A DNA stretch of 64,000 nt from Felis catus (Eukaryota), in assembly GCF_018350175.1 (NCBI RefSeq), contig NC_058381.1, forward strand, positions 39,742,001-39,806,000, in the 5' to 3' direction. The position numbers and the translations under genes were made by a program. Below, in pieces: positions 12,104-23,445 of this stretch. How positions within the stretch are numbered: the stretch's first letter is position 1; each line of letters begins with the position of its first letter. The notes below the pieces were generated by a model. It was not told the origin of the DNA. It worked only from the letters and a program-made list of their open reading frames with translations, and searched no databases.

Positions 12104-12400
12104 TCAGCAGCAGCTTGAGATGCAGGGCTCACAGCTGGGCTGGGTATAGGTTGTGAGGTTGATGGTCTCCAGGCACGGGGTGGGCTGGCAGGAGTTGAGC
12201 AGGAAGCAGGTAGGCACACAGGGCTGGGGAATGTGGCAGGGTGGGGGGCAGTTGTCACAGCAGGTTGGCTCCAGTAACCAAGTCGTGTGTGGGCAGGTGC
12301 TGGGCAGGCAGACTCCGCACCGGCAGCATCTGTCAGAGGAGCAGATGGTAGTGGCGGGACCGGTGGGGACGCTGCAGCAGCAGGGGACACAGCAAGCCAT
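12104..12400 (-). CDS. KRTAP3-2: Keratin-associated protein 3 family, 98 aa
   Basis: Differs from 5484-5780 at only 3 nt (one S/T change); Kozak and TATA present; number by position. Confidence 0.95.
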   Translation of the reverse strand: MACCVPCCCSVPTGPATTICSSDRCCRCGVCLPSTCPHTTWLLEPTCCDNCPPPCHIPQPCVPTCFLLNSCQPTPCLETINLTTYTQPSCEPCISSCC

Positions 12401-12483
12401 GGCGCTGGGAATCTGGTTTGCTTTTGGTTTCTTGGAAAGATGAGGTTTCTGAGATACAAATGTCTCCTCTTGCTTTGGGGCTC

Positions 12484-12490
12484 TTATATA
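12484..12490 (-). promoter_or_regulatory. TATA box of KRTAP3-2
   Basis: TATATAA ~84 bp upstream of the ATG; AP-1 consensus TGACTCA at 12633-12639. Confidence 0.8.
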
Positions 12491-13027
12491 TGGTCCTCAG
12501 TGGGTGTTGGTCCAACCAGAAGGCTTCCTGTCATTTTTGTTTATCCCACCCCTCTTCGCTGAGATTCTCTAATCAGTTTGGTATTTACTTGTCCATTAAG
12601 AGTCGTGCCCTTACTAAGATACATCATGTTTTTGACTCATTGACTTGTCATTTTTGTCATAAGATGATTGCATTTTATCTTCACAGGGTCTTGGAATGCC
12701 AAACCTTACATGAAATATGGATAATCAGTCTGAGTGACTGAATTCAGCTATAGTTTCAGAGGCTGTATTCTTTTCCTTGTTTTTCTCCCCCTTAATTTAA
12801 AATAATATGCATAACATACAATTTTTAATTACTAATATCAGAACATACAACTCAAATGGTTAATTGGACCATTTTCTCAGTGAAGTCAACAAGGACATGA
12901 CACTTATAGATGAATGTTGCATATGACGATATGAATCTCAGACATAGTTACCTTGTTTATTGAGGATAGAATTCAGGTTCTATTGAGCAAGCAGGGTGAC
13001 AGCCCAAATGGAATACGATGAAACCCC

Positions 13028-13068
13028 TTTAATCTATAATGAGTCTATTTTTAATCTATAATGAGTCT
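13028..13068. repeat. 22-bp tandem duplication
   Basis: TTTAATCTATAATGAGTCT occurs twice at 22-bp spacing. Confidence 0.9.
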
Positions 13069-13189
13069 TAAAAGGTTGTATTATTCTATGTTTTTTTTTA
13101 AAAACAGTCTTTATTCTCAAAGCTATGCCAATCTTGTAGTGAGTTAAAATGTAAATTCACTAGGAAGAAAGATCCACCCAGCTGCTGGC

Positions 13190-13420
13190 TTTTTTTAAAC
13201 AAGTTTTTAATGTTTATTTATTTTTTAGAGAGAGAGAGACAGACAGACAGAATGTGAGTGGGGGAGGGGAAGAGAGAGAGGGAGACCCCCTCATCTGAAG
13301 CAGGCTCCAGGCTCTGAGCTGTCAGCACAGCGTCTGATGCAGGGCTCAAACTCAGGAACCCTGAGATCATGACCTGAGCCAAAGTCAGCCTTTTAACCAG
13401 CTGAGCCACCCAGGCGCCCC
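13190..13420 (-). mobile_element. Carnivore SINE
   Basis: TSD CAGCTGCTG; SINEC body. Confidence 0.92.
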
Positions 13421-14747
13421 CCAGCTGCTGAGTTTTGTTAAATGTACCATTAAAAGAAATCACCTCATCTTCATTCATTTTCAAACTAATGCTTCATTTA
13501 AAATAAGTTGAACCAAGAACAAGAAGGAGAAGTCATAAGATTTACAAAACAACAGTGGGTTCTGGAAGGGTTATCTGATCTGATGTGGTTTAGAACGATA
13601 GGAGTCCTTATTTTCACTGACTTATTCCCTACTCTGCTTGATTATTTGTTTTCATATCTTGGGTCTTCAATTAGGTTGTAAATTCCTTTGAGGGATGCCT
13701 TATACAACATTCTTCACCTCGGTTGACCTTGATCTGCTGTATTGTAGGATGGCAGATGAGGAAGTTGGACTGAATAATTATCTCTAGTGTGTAATATCCT
13801 GATTCCAGCATCTTCACATACTTCCTTCCCCTTGATCAGCACAAAACTATTCAGCCAGTAGAATCTAAATTATGTAATTCGTTGGTTGGATGGCAAATTG
13901 TTGTTGAGTAAACACGAAGGACAGATTCTTTCCTGGGGTGTTTCTGAGGGGACATGACTGAAAACCAACTTGGCCTGTTTAGTAGAGAAGAAACCTGGCT
14001 GAAGCAAATCAGTGGGAAATACTCAATGTCATTGGTAAATAAGCCTCATGCATTTTATGAGAAGAAGAACCTGTTAGTGAAGTTGGCTTGGTTTTTGGTT
14101 AAATATGGATATGTATCACAAAGCATATCAAGTAAAAATGAAGGTTAGTGCCTCCAAGGCACTTTACATCTCTCTGGGTGTGGCCACACTGTTCCTTGCA
14201 GTGTCCTTCCCCGATTCTGTACTTCTCAAATCCTGCTCATTCCTCAAGCATCAACTCCAGTATCTCCTTCGCGTGAACCTTTAGGTGGTTCTTCTAGATG
14301 TTTTCATCCTTTGCTTTCACAAAGTGTGTCTCCTATCTCTTCATTTAGACCTCATTTCAGTCTGTTGTATATTATGGTTCATCATTTATTTGTCTTCCTC
14401 ACTCCAGTGTGCAAACTCTCTGAAAAAGTGGGGATTGTGTCTTCATCTTCTTAGTCTCTGTCAAGCACCTAGGCGAGTGCCTGGAACACAGTAGGCGCTT
14501 GATAAATGTGTATGGAATTGGGTTAAATTACAAATTAGAAGGAAAAAAAACCCTATGTATTTATTTTTAGAATTACCTCTTATAATAACAGTTACCATAA
14601 GCAGAGCGATTTCATCTGTGAAGTGCTTTACAGATGTTGAAACAGTTTTACATTCAGAGCTTCACCTAAATGAGTAATGAAAAAAGTGTGGCTCAGCTCA
14701 GTCTTTGGGGTCTCTTCAGTGAGTATGTTGATGTTTCTCAGAATCTT

Positions 14748-15177
14748 TATTTTTATTTTTAGAGAGAGAGAGAAAATGCTCACACACGTGCACGTTGGGG
14801 GTAGGGTCAGAGGGACAGAGAGAGAGAGTTATTTTTTTTTTTAATTTTTAATGTTTGTTTATTTTGAGAGGGAGACAGACAGAAAGTGAATGGGGAAGGG
14901 CAGAGAGCGAGGGAGACACAGAACCTGAAGCAGGCTCCAGGCTCTGCACAGAGTCCGATGCAGGGCTGGAACTCACGAACCATGAGAACATGACCTGAGC
15001 TGAAGTTGACATTTAACCAACTGAGCCACTCAGGTGCCCCAAGAGAGAGAGAATCTTAAGCAAGTTTCATGCTGAGCATGGGGCCCGATGAAGGGCTCAA
15101 TCCCACAACCCTGGGATCATGACCTGAGTTGAAATCAAAAGTCAGATGCTTAACCGACTGAGCCACCTGGGTGCGCC
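14748..15177 (-). mobile_element. Nested SINEs: older SINE with a second SINE (14829-15040) inserted in its (GA)n tract
   Basis: Outer TSD TCTCAGAATCTT (14736, 15178); two SINEC heads in series. Confidence 0.9.
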
Positions 15178-15499
15178 TCTCAGAATCTTCAAAAGAAGGT
15201 GTGTGAGGTAGTTACTTAAAGAGGCAGGGAAAACATTAAAATTAAAAGTAGGTGCTGACCTTGGAATTGAAAATGACTTTAAGCTTAGAGCTTAATATAT
15301 TTTACTATTTAGGCAATTTTTGTCAGGTGTTTACATATCCTTGTGAGGCCTTCTTTTGCCTATGAGATTTATGTTGATGTCATCAGTTAGTGTAATTCTG
15401 CTGGACATATTTATAGGTTTATCATGTGCACACGTGTCAAGAGTTGTTTGGCAATTATATCACTGAGACAGCACATGGTTTGGGGCACAGTGGTGTTTG

Positions 15500-15505
15500 T
15501 TTATT
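15500..15505 (-). terminator. Probable ancestral poly(A) signal of KRTAP3-4
   Basis: AATAAA on minus strand, ~215 bp from the stop once the SINE is removed. Confidence 0.5.
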
Positions 15506-15629
15506 TTTAAAGTGAGGAGGTCCATGACAGCATTTACTCAACTACTCACTGGAAACCATCATTCAGAACATTGAACAATTCTGCAAAGCTGAGGGCACAG
15601 GCTCAGAACATTTTCTTCCAGAGCTGCTT

Positions 15630-15841
15630 CTTTTTTTTTTTTTTTTTTTAATGTTTATTTATTTTTGAGAGACAGAGAGAGACAGTGTGAATGGGGGAGG
15701 AGCAGCGAGAGAGGGAGATACAGAATCTGAAGCAGGCTCCAGGCTCCGAGCTGTCAGCACAGAGCCTGATGTGGGGCTTGAACTCACGAACCGTGAGATC
15801 ATGACCTGAGCCGAAGTCGGAAGCTCAACCAAGAGCCACCC
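15630..15841 (-). mobile_element. Carnivore SINE, slightly 5'-truncated, in the KRTAP3-4 3' UTR
   Basis: TSD TCTTCCAGAGCT; head begins at GGGTGGCTC. Confidence 0.92.
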
Positions 15842-15941
15842 TCTTCCAGAGCTTCTAATTAAAGACCATTTGCTGAGCATCTCTTAAGGACTGTGATGGT
15901 CCATCAGGGTGACATGGCCAGGCTCTTGGAAATCTCTTTGG

Positions 15942-16244
15942 CTAGCAGCACGGTGTTCCACACTCACAGGGCTGGACACAGGTTGTGACAGAGATCCCAC
16001 TCAGGTTTGGAGCAGGGTGGCCCCTGCTGAGCAGCCAACATGATGGCACGTAGGAGTCAGGCACGCAGCAGGGTGGGGGGCAGGTGTCACAGCAGGTGGG
16101 CTGAAGGAGGCTGATGGCGTGTGGGCAGGTGCTGGGCAGGCAGACTCCACACCGGCAGCATACGTCAGAGGAGCAGGTGGTGGTGGCGGGGCCGGTGGGG
16201 ACGCTGCTGCGGCAGCCTTGGTGACAAGACTCACAGCCAGACAT
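15942..16244 (-). CDS. KRTAP3-4: Divergent KAP3 family member, 100 aa (positional orthologue of human KRTAP3-4P)
   Basis: Open frame [47 protein letters not shown]; ATG with A at -3; TAG stop; TATAAA upstream. Confidence 0.82.
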   Translation of the reverse strand: MSGCESCHQGCRSSVPTGPATTTCSSDVCCRCGVCLPSTCPHAISLLQPTCCDTCPPPCCVPDSYVPSCWLLSRGHPAPNLSGISVTTCVQPCECGTPCC

Positions 16245-16291
16245 TTTGGTGCAAAGGAAGATCTTCTTGTACGAAGCTGTCCTCTGTGTCC

Positions 16292-16298
16292 TTTATAT
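16292..16298 (-). promoter_or_regulatory. TATA box of KRTAP3-4
   Basis: ATATAAA only ~48 bp upstream of the ATG. Confidence 0.7.
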
Positions 16299-17222
16299 CC
16301 ACCAGAAGCCTCAGGGAACACGGCTTCTGTCCACCAGAATGTTTCCCTGTTGTTGTTTGTATAATCCCATACAAATAACTCACTGACTTATTTACCAGAT
16401 GCGAGAGGAGCTCTCCTTCAGTTTTATTTGGTTGTGTTGCGACATTCAAACGTGCTTTCTGTTGCAGTTTCAAAGTGGTACCAGCGTAGGCTCTCCACTT
16501 AACTCCATCACCGGTAAATACTTCAGGGTTTCTTCTGCATTTCCTCTTTTTTACCGACCAGAATTTGTCCTTACAAATGATCACTGCTGAGTGTAAAGAA
16601 TCAAGAGTGATTTCTCTGAGAAGTAAGAAATGATCCTTCTCAAAACGTGTGATCTGGATGTATTTGGGAAGTCACAACCTGTGGTGGGACTTTTTCCCTA
16701 CCAGAGTCACCTTGCTGTCTTTTCAAGGATGTGAAGATGTAAATGAGTACCGAAGATAGAAAACATGATCTTGACTGGGAAGTTCAGAGGCTGCTAGATG
16801 TTTTCTGTACCGATCTGCTGCATTGTCTATGTATGCAATTATGTATAAACATTTAAATAAGCTCTCAGTTTTACAGAGGACATTGGCTTTTTTAACCAGA
16901 AGCCTGAACATATTAAAACATAGGTTCATAAGACTATGTATGGTCTGAAAAATGAGCTTGCATCTCTTTGCAAAACAGCATGAAAAGTTTTCTTTTCAGA
17001 ATGACCAAACTGCTGACCTGCCTATTTCATTTTTCAGTAGTCACCTTTTACCATTTTTAAAATTCCTTCCACTTTAATTCAGTGATAGTGTTAACATGTC
17101 ATGGCCAAAGCTAGTACATAACTACAGTAAAGGATACTGGTCAGCAAATCCATTCATTATAAGCCAAATATTTATTCAGTCTCTAATATAGTCTGAAGAG
17201 TATGGTAGAGTCTGAAGAGTGT

Positions 17223-17422
17223 CGAGCCTGGGTGGCTTAGTCGGTTGAGTGTCTGACTTCAGCTCAGGTCATGAGATCACAGTCTGTGGGTTCAAGCCCC
17301 GCGTCGGGCTCTGGGCTGACAGCTCAGAGCCCAGAGCCTCCTTCGGATTCTGTGTCTCCCTCTCTGTCTCTCTGCCCCTCCCTCGCTCTCTCTCAATAAA
17401 TAAATAAACATTAAAAAAAAAA
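17223..17422 (+). mobile_element. Carnivore SINE
   Basis: SINEC body, A tail, TSD AAGAGTGT; sits in the second copy of a ~19-bp tandem repeat GTCTGAAGAGTRTGGTAGA. Confidence 0.9.
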
Positions 17423-18289
17423 AAGAGTGTGGTAGAGATAGAAAAAGAGAAGGCATGGTGCCTGTCCTCCAGGAGTGCTTGGTCTAATGGAAAAGGTTAG
17501 AAATCCCTTTGCGTATGATTTAAATGATGTACAATTAAATTACAAGACTAGTAATGGGAAGAGTTCTGGAGTTAGGTTTGAATCCCTTATAAGGTACATG
17601 TTGTGAGACCTAGATCAAGTGATTTGAGCTTTGGTTTTCGACCGCAAATTTTGGTTTTCAACCACAGAAATATTCACCTACTGTAGTCTTACTGCAAGCA
17701 CTGAATAAAAATTAAATGAGAATTGCTTATGCAAATCATTCAGCCTTGTGTATGGCGTGGTAGAGTTCTCTCATCAGTGAAGTTTCTCCCTTGGGTGCTG
17801 TTAGAATGCTCACAAGAGGAAATACAGCGGAGAGGCTTAGTGATCAGAGACGCCTGCCTGGAGGGTTTGGAGTAAATTGTTTTGACCAGACAAAGCTTAG
17901 AAAAGAGGTAAGTGCCTTTGCACAAGGAAAACAGTGACTTCTGTGGCACTGTTCTGGCCTTGTGCTCTGTCCCTGCCCCTGGTAGGGTTGGCCACGCCTC
18001 TTGTGCTTCGATTGCACCCCTTCACTACCCATAAAACTTGGCTGCAGTTTTTGTACACATGTTGGTTCTTAACTAGAATGTACTCTCCTTCAAAGCAGAG
18101 GCAATGTCTTATTTTTCTTGGTTTCTGCAGTGCCTAACCCTGGGGCCTGGCTCATGGAAGAGAGTCTCAGGGCTGGAACACATAGAATGAATGTTTGAGG
18201 AAGAAAGGTTGGAAAACAATGACAGCTAGCATTTATCAAAATGCTTCTGTGTCAAGTTTTGTCAGGAAAACAAGCAAACAAGAAAACCT

Positions 18290-18820
18290 CACAAAAAGTG
18301 TTTCAACAGAGAGCATTTGAGGGCGGGGGCTTGGTTAAATAGGTATCAGAGGACTGAAAAAGCCAAAAAGGAAAACTGAGGTAACAAACACAAGAAACAG
18401 GCTACCAGCCTTTAGGCCTGGGAACAGAGAGGAGGTTGGGGGTGACGACCCAGGTGCGTGGGAGAGTGGGCCTGCAGAGCTGGGTGCAGACCCCGGGGGT
18501 TGCCCAGCCGGTGCTCAGAGGAGGGGTCCCGGGGGGCCTTCGTGGGTGGGGGGCCGGAGTCACCCGCTGGTGCTGGTGTTCCTGAGGAGGTGCCGTGATG
18601 CCGTTTTTGGAGCCTGGAAAGAAGCTGGAGACCAGAATCCACTGTAGCTGCCAACAAAGGACTGTTGCTGGGGCCACAAGACCCTCTCTTTCCCAGGCCT
18701 TGTAGGCTCCTTCCAGCGCCCTCTATTGGTGGAATCTACTAGAAAATCAGGTGAGGGATGTAAGAGTCCTCACCCCAGTATCACAGAGTATAAAAAGATG
18801 TTCCTAGAGGTTGACAGTAG
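18290..18820. mobile_element. Old ERVL-class LTR remnant (LTR41/LTR50-like) carrying a CTCF motif
   Basis: 'CCAGCGCCCTCTATTGG...CCCAGTATCACAGAG' resembles LTR41-family sequence; boundaries approximate. Confidence 0.5.
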
Positions 18821-18889
18821 GCATACACTGTTCTAAGGGCTGCACGTGTTTTAATTAATTTAATCTTCCCTACAGTTTTAGGAGATGTA

Positions 18890-19550
18890 TACTTTTTTAA
18901 AACTTGTTTTTAAATTAAAATATAGGTAACACACAGTGTTACATTAGTTTTCAGGCATACAACATAGTGATTTGACGAATCTGTACTTAAGGCTGTGCTC
19001 ACCACGGTGTAGTCCCCACTTGTCACCGTACAACGCTATTATAACACCATTGACTATATTCCCTGTGCTGTAACTCCCATCCCCATGTGAACCGGAAGCC
19101 TGTACCTCCCACCCCTCTTCACCCCTTTTGTCTACCCCCCCACCCCCTCCGCTCTGGAAATCACCACTTCTCTGTATTTATGGATCTGTTTCTGGTACAT
19201 ACTTTTTAGAAATTAGCTTTTTATTTTTGAATAATTCTAGATCCACAGAAAGTTTGCAAAGACCGTACAGCGTTCCTATCTACCCCTCACTCAATTTCCC
19301 TGAATGGTAATATCTTTACAACATCATCGTGCATTTGTCACAACTAGGAAGCCAACATTGGTAACTTGCTGTTAATTAAATTTCAGACGTTATTCAGATA
19401 TCACTACTGTTTTTTCCACTAACATCCTTTTTCTGTTCCAGGATCCAGTCTGAGATCCCACATTACATTTAGTCCTCACACCCCCTTAGTTCCCTCTGGC
19501 CGGTGACAGTTTTCTCTCAGCCTTTTGTAGTTTTTCACAACCTGAACTGT
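18890..19550 (-). mobile_element. L1 3'-end fragments
   Basis: 'ACATTAGTTTTCAGGCATACAACATAGTGATT' and 'CCCACATTACATTTAGT' are typical L1 3' UTR antisense phrases. Confidence 0.7.
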
Positions 19551-19585
19551 ACTGCTTAGGAAGGGTAAGAGGTAATTTTAATCTT

Positions 19586-20039
19586 TTTATTTTTTTTAAG
19601 TAAAAGAAAATTTTTTTTAATCTTATGTATTTTTTTATTTTTTTTTAATTATTTTTTTTAATTTTTTTTCAACGTTTATTTATTTTTGAGACACAGAGAG
19701 ATAGAGCATGAATGGGGGAGGGGCAGAGAGAGGGAGACACAGAATCAGAAGCAGGCTCCAGGCTCTGAGCCATCAGCCCAGAGCCCGACGCGGGGCTTGA
19801 ACTCACGGACTGCGAGATCGTGACCTGAGCTGAAGTCGGACGCTTAACCGACTGAGCCACCCAGGCACCCCAACATCTTATGTATTTTTGAGAGAGAGAG
19901 AGCACAAGTGGGGGAGAGGCAGAGAAAGAGGGAGACACAGAATCTGAAGCAAGCTCCAGGCTCTGAGCTGTCAGCAAACTGTCAGATCATGACCTGAGCT
20001 GAAGTCAGATGCCCAACAAACTGAGCCACCCAGGGGCCC
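19586..20039 (-). mobile_element. Nested SINEs: inner SINE 19635-19870 inside the tail of an older, internally deleted SINE
   Basis: Inner TSD ATCTTATGTATTTT; two heads in series. Confidence 0.9.
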
Positions 20040-21039
20040 AGAGCTAGTTTTAATCTTATTTGATGGTGGTTGAGGAGCCTGAGGCAGGGAGAAGTTAGAT
20101 GACATGACCAAGGACACCTAACTAGTAAGTGATAGAGGTACGATTTAAAGCAAGACAGTCTGGTTGCAGAGACTCCTGTCTTGACTGTCGTAGAGGGGGC
20201 ATTGCTCTGATGAGAGTGGAGGCCTCACATTGTCCCAAGATTAGTAGCAGGTAAGATTTGGTAGAAAAGACTATATCAGGTTATTGAGGGTCTCGACAGC
20301 CACACTGAAGAGTTTAGCCTTGATTCAGTAAAAAACAACAACCAAAAAACAACTTGAGTTTCCCAGAGTTTTGAGCAATTCAATTTAACCAATATTTATA
20401 GAGAGATAGAAGCCTGGTCTGACAGGGATAGTTTGGATGAAGGGAGAGGCATAGGATTATTGAGCCAAGATTAACTAGGAGGCTGTGATCAGGGGTCTGG
20501 TGATCAGTGTCTAAATTAGGCTACCGTCAGTGAGGATGGAAAGGAAGGGCTGTAGGCCAGCAACAATTTGAAAGAAAAATGAAATGACTTCGTTTTTGGT
20601 TCTATTATCAAGGATGAACAATTATTAACTTCACAGGTAGGTTTTCACCATGAACTAGGTTATTGAAACCTGAAAATGTGTTATGTTGCCAAACGTTCTG
20701 CATTTCAATGCAAGGTTAATGACCCAGTCAATACTCCTTCCCACCACCTGCTGAGGTTGCTAATCAGTATTTAAAGTCTGACTTTAAAAAAAAAAGATGA
20801 TTTGTTTTCACTTTAGAAACATAAACAGTTTTTTCTAGACTTACTGTAGACACTCATTTTGTCTTCAACTATAATCACCCCAGAGAAAGCTGAGTTACTG
20901 CACACAACCAAATACACAGTTTAGAGAGATAGTAGACAGTGTACTGTTAAGAGGCATATACTTTCTTCTGCTAAAGAGAGCCACATGCAATCATATTTCT
21001 CTTGGACATACTGCTGTCTGCAAAGGAGGTGTGTGCTTT

Positions 21040-21270
21040 GGTGTAGCGGGAAGAGAAGCGACTTTTAGATTCGGGCAGTTTCAGGTTTAATCCCTCCCTC
21101 TGTCACTTACTATGTGTGCAACTTTTATAAGTCCCTTCCACGGTTTGTTTTCTCTCCTGTAAAGTGGAGACAATGAAGGTAGCTACCTGTCAGTGTTTTT
21201 TCTTAGAAATGAATGAAATAGTGCGCATGAAGCACATATTAGAATGGCCAGTAGATATTCACCAAATGTT
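21040..21270 (+). mobile_element. MIR remnant
   Basis: 'GGTGTAGCGGGAAGAG...CTCTGTCACTTACTATGTG...CTGTAAAGTGGAGACAATGA' MIR core. Confidence 0.6.
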
Positions 21271-22830
21271 AGTTCTTAGGAGTAAAAACAGCAAAAGTGG
21301 TAAGGTGAGATGGGGTTGGTTAGTGGCATGGAGTACTTGTTACTCGCTTCTGGATAACCTAGAACCATAGACAAGCTGGAAGTGTCTTTAGAGTGTGTCT
21401 GGTCAGCCAGCCCATTTTACTGATTTAAGACCTGAGACCCACAGAGCTCAAGTGACTGGCTCTGGGCCACAAAGGCAGCTCAAGTGCAGAGCCACACATC
21501 TCCTGGGTTATATCTGGGGCTTTTTAACTAGTGCCAAGGGTCTTTGAATGCCTGAAGATCCGCAGTGGTAGTACTAGGACACTCACACTTATTTCCAGTA
21601 TTAAAAATTAAGTCTAAATATTTATCCCTTACAATCGTGTATAAAAACCTTAAGCTTTGATTTTGACTAAAAAAGAGGTAACTTGGTTATTTTAAACCTA
21701 AAATTCTCTCTGATGCTTATAAATGTATTTATGAACAAACATGAATTATTATGTTAAAAAGTTACATGGGAAAAGTAATATTTTTCAAGAAATAAAAGGA
21801 TGCCTTTTGGTGAGAAAGCTGGAAACCATCATGTGCCAGTAATGGTGAGCATCTCTCGCCATCCAGAGTGCAGCTGTTGACACGTTAGGTCATTTGACTC
21901 TCACAACAATCCTGAGACATAAACAGGGACAAGAGTATTATGTCTGCTGTGACAACAAGGAAACTGAGGCAGAGAGGGAAGTAAATGGCTCAAAGGCCCA
22001 AGGCAAGTCCAAGAATATATACGAGATTGCACTTTGGGTACTTTCTGTAAAAACCTTACGTGCTTGGATTTTTCCAGGACAACAGGGAGATGAATTAATA
22101 CATGATATGGTCATCGTATAAGTTTTGTTCTAAGAGGAACAGAATTGTGTGCCTATTTCTGGTGGATGGAGAATACTGCACTTCAGCCTGATATTTTCAG
22201 TTTATTTCAATGCCATGATATGATATGCCACTTAGGCTAGTAAACTTCTAAAGATAATTCTGACTAATGTAAACCAATTCTCACTTGAGGGAGCAAGGAA
22301 TACCCAATAAATGCTAGTATTTTTTCAGAATTGATTTTTCTAGAAGACAGCATATATCAAAATGAATATATATTCTTCCCCATATTGCATTGCATGTTGA
22401 GCTTAGAATTTCACCAGTGATGAGTTAAGGAGTCAGAATTATTTCTACATGACAGCAAAGTGACCAATTTGTTTAGTCAGTTAAGGAAGAAAGAAAAATC
22501 AATTTCAGGGGCAATGGAAATTAAAATAAATAAAACATTTAAAAAATATTACATTAATCTTCAGTTTCCAGTGTAGGGCTTGGTATAGTGGCTTGTCTTC
22601 AAAAAACACCTATTGAGTAAAATGACCTAGTGAATTTTTTACTTTTCAGCCTGTCACAAAGAGCCAGTATCTAATTATTCAATGATTCCACCACACGTGC
22701 TCTCCTTCTGCTGGTGTAAATCGTGGATATGTTGATCTGCTGTTCAGGTTCAGCTAGGCATTCCACTTCCCCTAAGAGGAAACATGAGAGTAAATCATCA
22801 CAAGGCCATATTTGCTAAGCCAGAATAAAG

Positions 22831-22836
22831 TTTATT
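22831..22836 (-). terminator. Poly(A) signal of KRTAP3-1
   Basis: AATAAA on minus strand ~230 bp past the stop, inside AATAAAGTTTATT. Confidence 0.75.
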
Positions 22837-23063
22837 AAGGAATAGTCAAAATGGTTATTTCTCAAAGAGCAGTGAAACAGCCTAAAAGACAGGCAGAAGG
22901 TCTCCAACTTCACTCAAAGGAGGAGAGGATTAAGAAGTTGGGCACAGTCATGAAAACATGGCCCAGGGACTTGGGATTGATTGAGCCTGATGTAGGTGGT
23001 AGCGGGTGTTGAAGACCAGGTGACGAGCAGCACATCACCGAACCTGTGCAGAGACGTGGCTGC

Positions 23064-23357
23064 TTAGCAGGGCTCGCAGGGATTCTGACAGCCAGGCTGA
23101 ACGTAGGTTGTCAGGTTGATCCCACTCATTCCGGGAGTTGGGTGGCAAGAATTGAGCAGCCAGCAAGTTGGCACGTAGGTGTCGGGCTCACAACAGGGTG
23201 GGGGGCAGGTGTCACAGCAGATGGGCTGAAGGAGGCTGATGTCATGGGGGCAGGTGCTGGGCAGGCAGACTCCGCACCGGCAGCATTTGTCAGAGGAGCA
23301 GATGGTGGTGGCGGGGCCGGTGGGGACGCTGCAGCAGCAGGGGACACAGCAAGCCAT
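23064..23357 (-). CDS. KRTAP3-1: Keratin-associated protein 3-1, 97 aa
   Basis: [51 protein letters not shown] is the KAP3.1 signature. True start is ACCATGG at 23357, downstream of the TATA box; the ORF-track start at 23492 lies upstream of it. Confidence 0.95.
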   Translation of the reverse strand: MACCVPCCCSVPTGPATTICSSDKCCRCGVCLPSTCPHDISLLQPICCDTCPPPCCEPDTYVPTCWLLNSCHPTPGMSGINLTTYVQPGCQNPCEPC

Positions 23358-23437
23358 GGTGTTAGGAGTTGGGTTTTTGTTGGGTTGAGAAGAGAAGTCT
23401 GTTGGTGTCTCGATGCTTCTCTCTTCTGCCCTGGCTC

Positions 23438-23445
23438 TTATATAT
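23438..23445 (-). promoter_or_regulatory. TATA box of KRTAP3-1
   Basis: ATATATAA ~81 bp upstream of the ATG; HOX13-type CTCATAAAA at 23567-23575. Confidence 0.8.
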
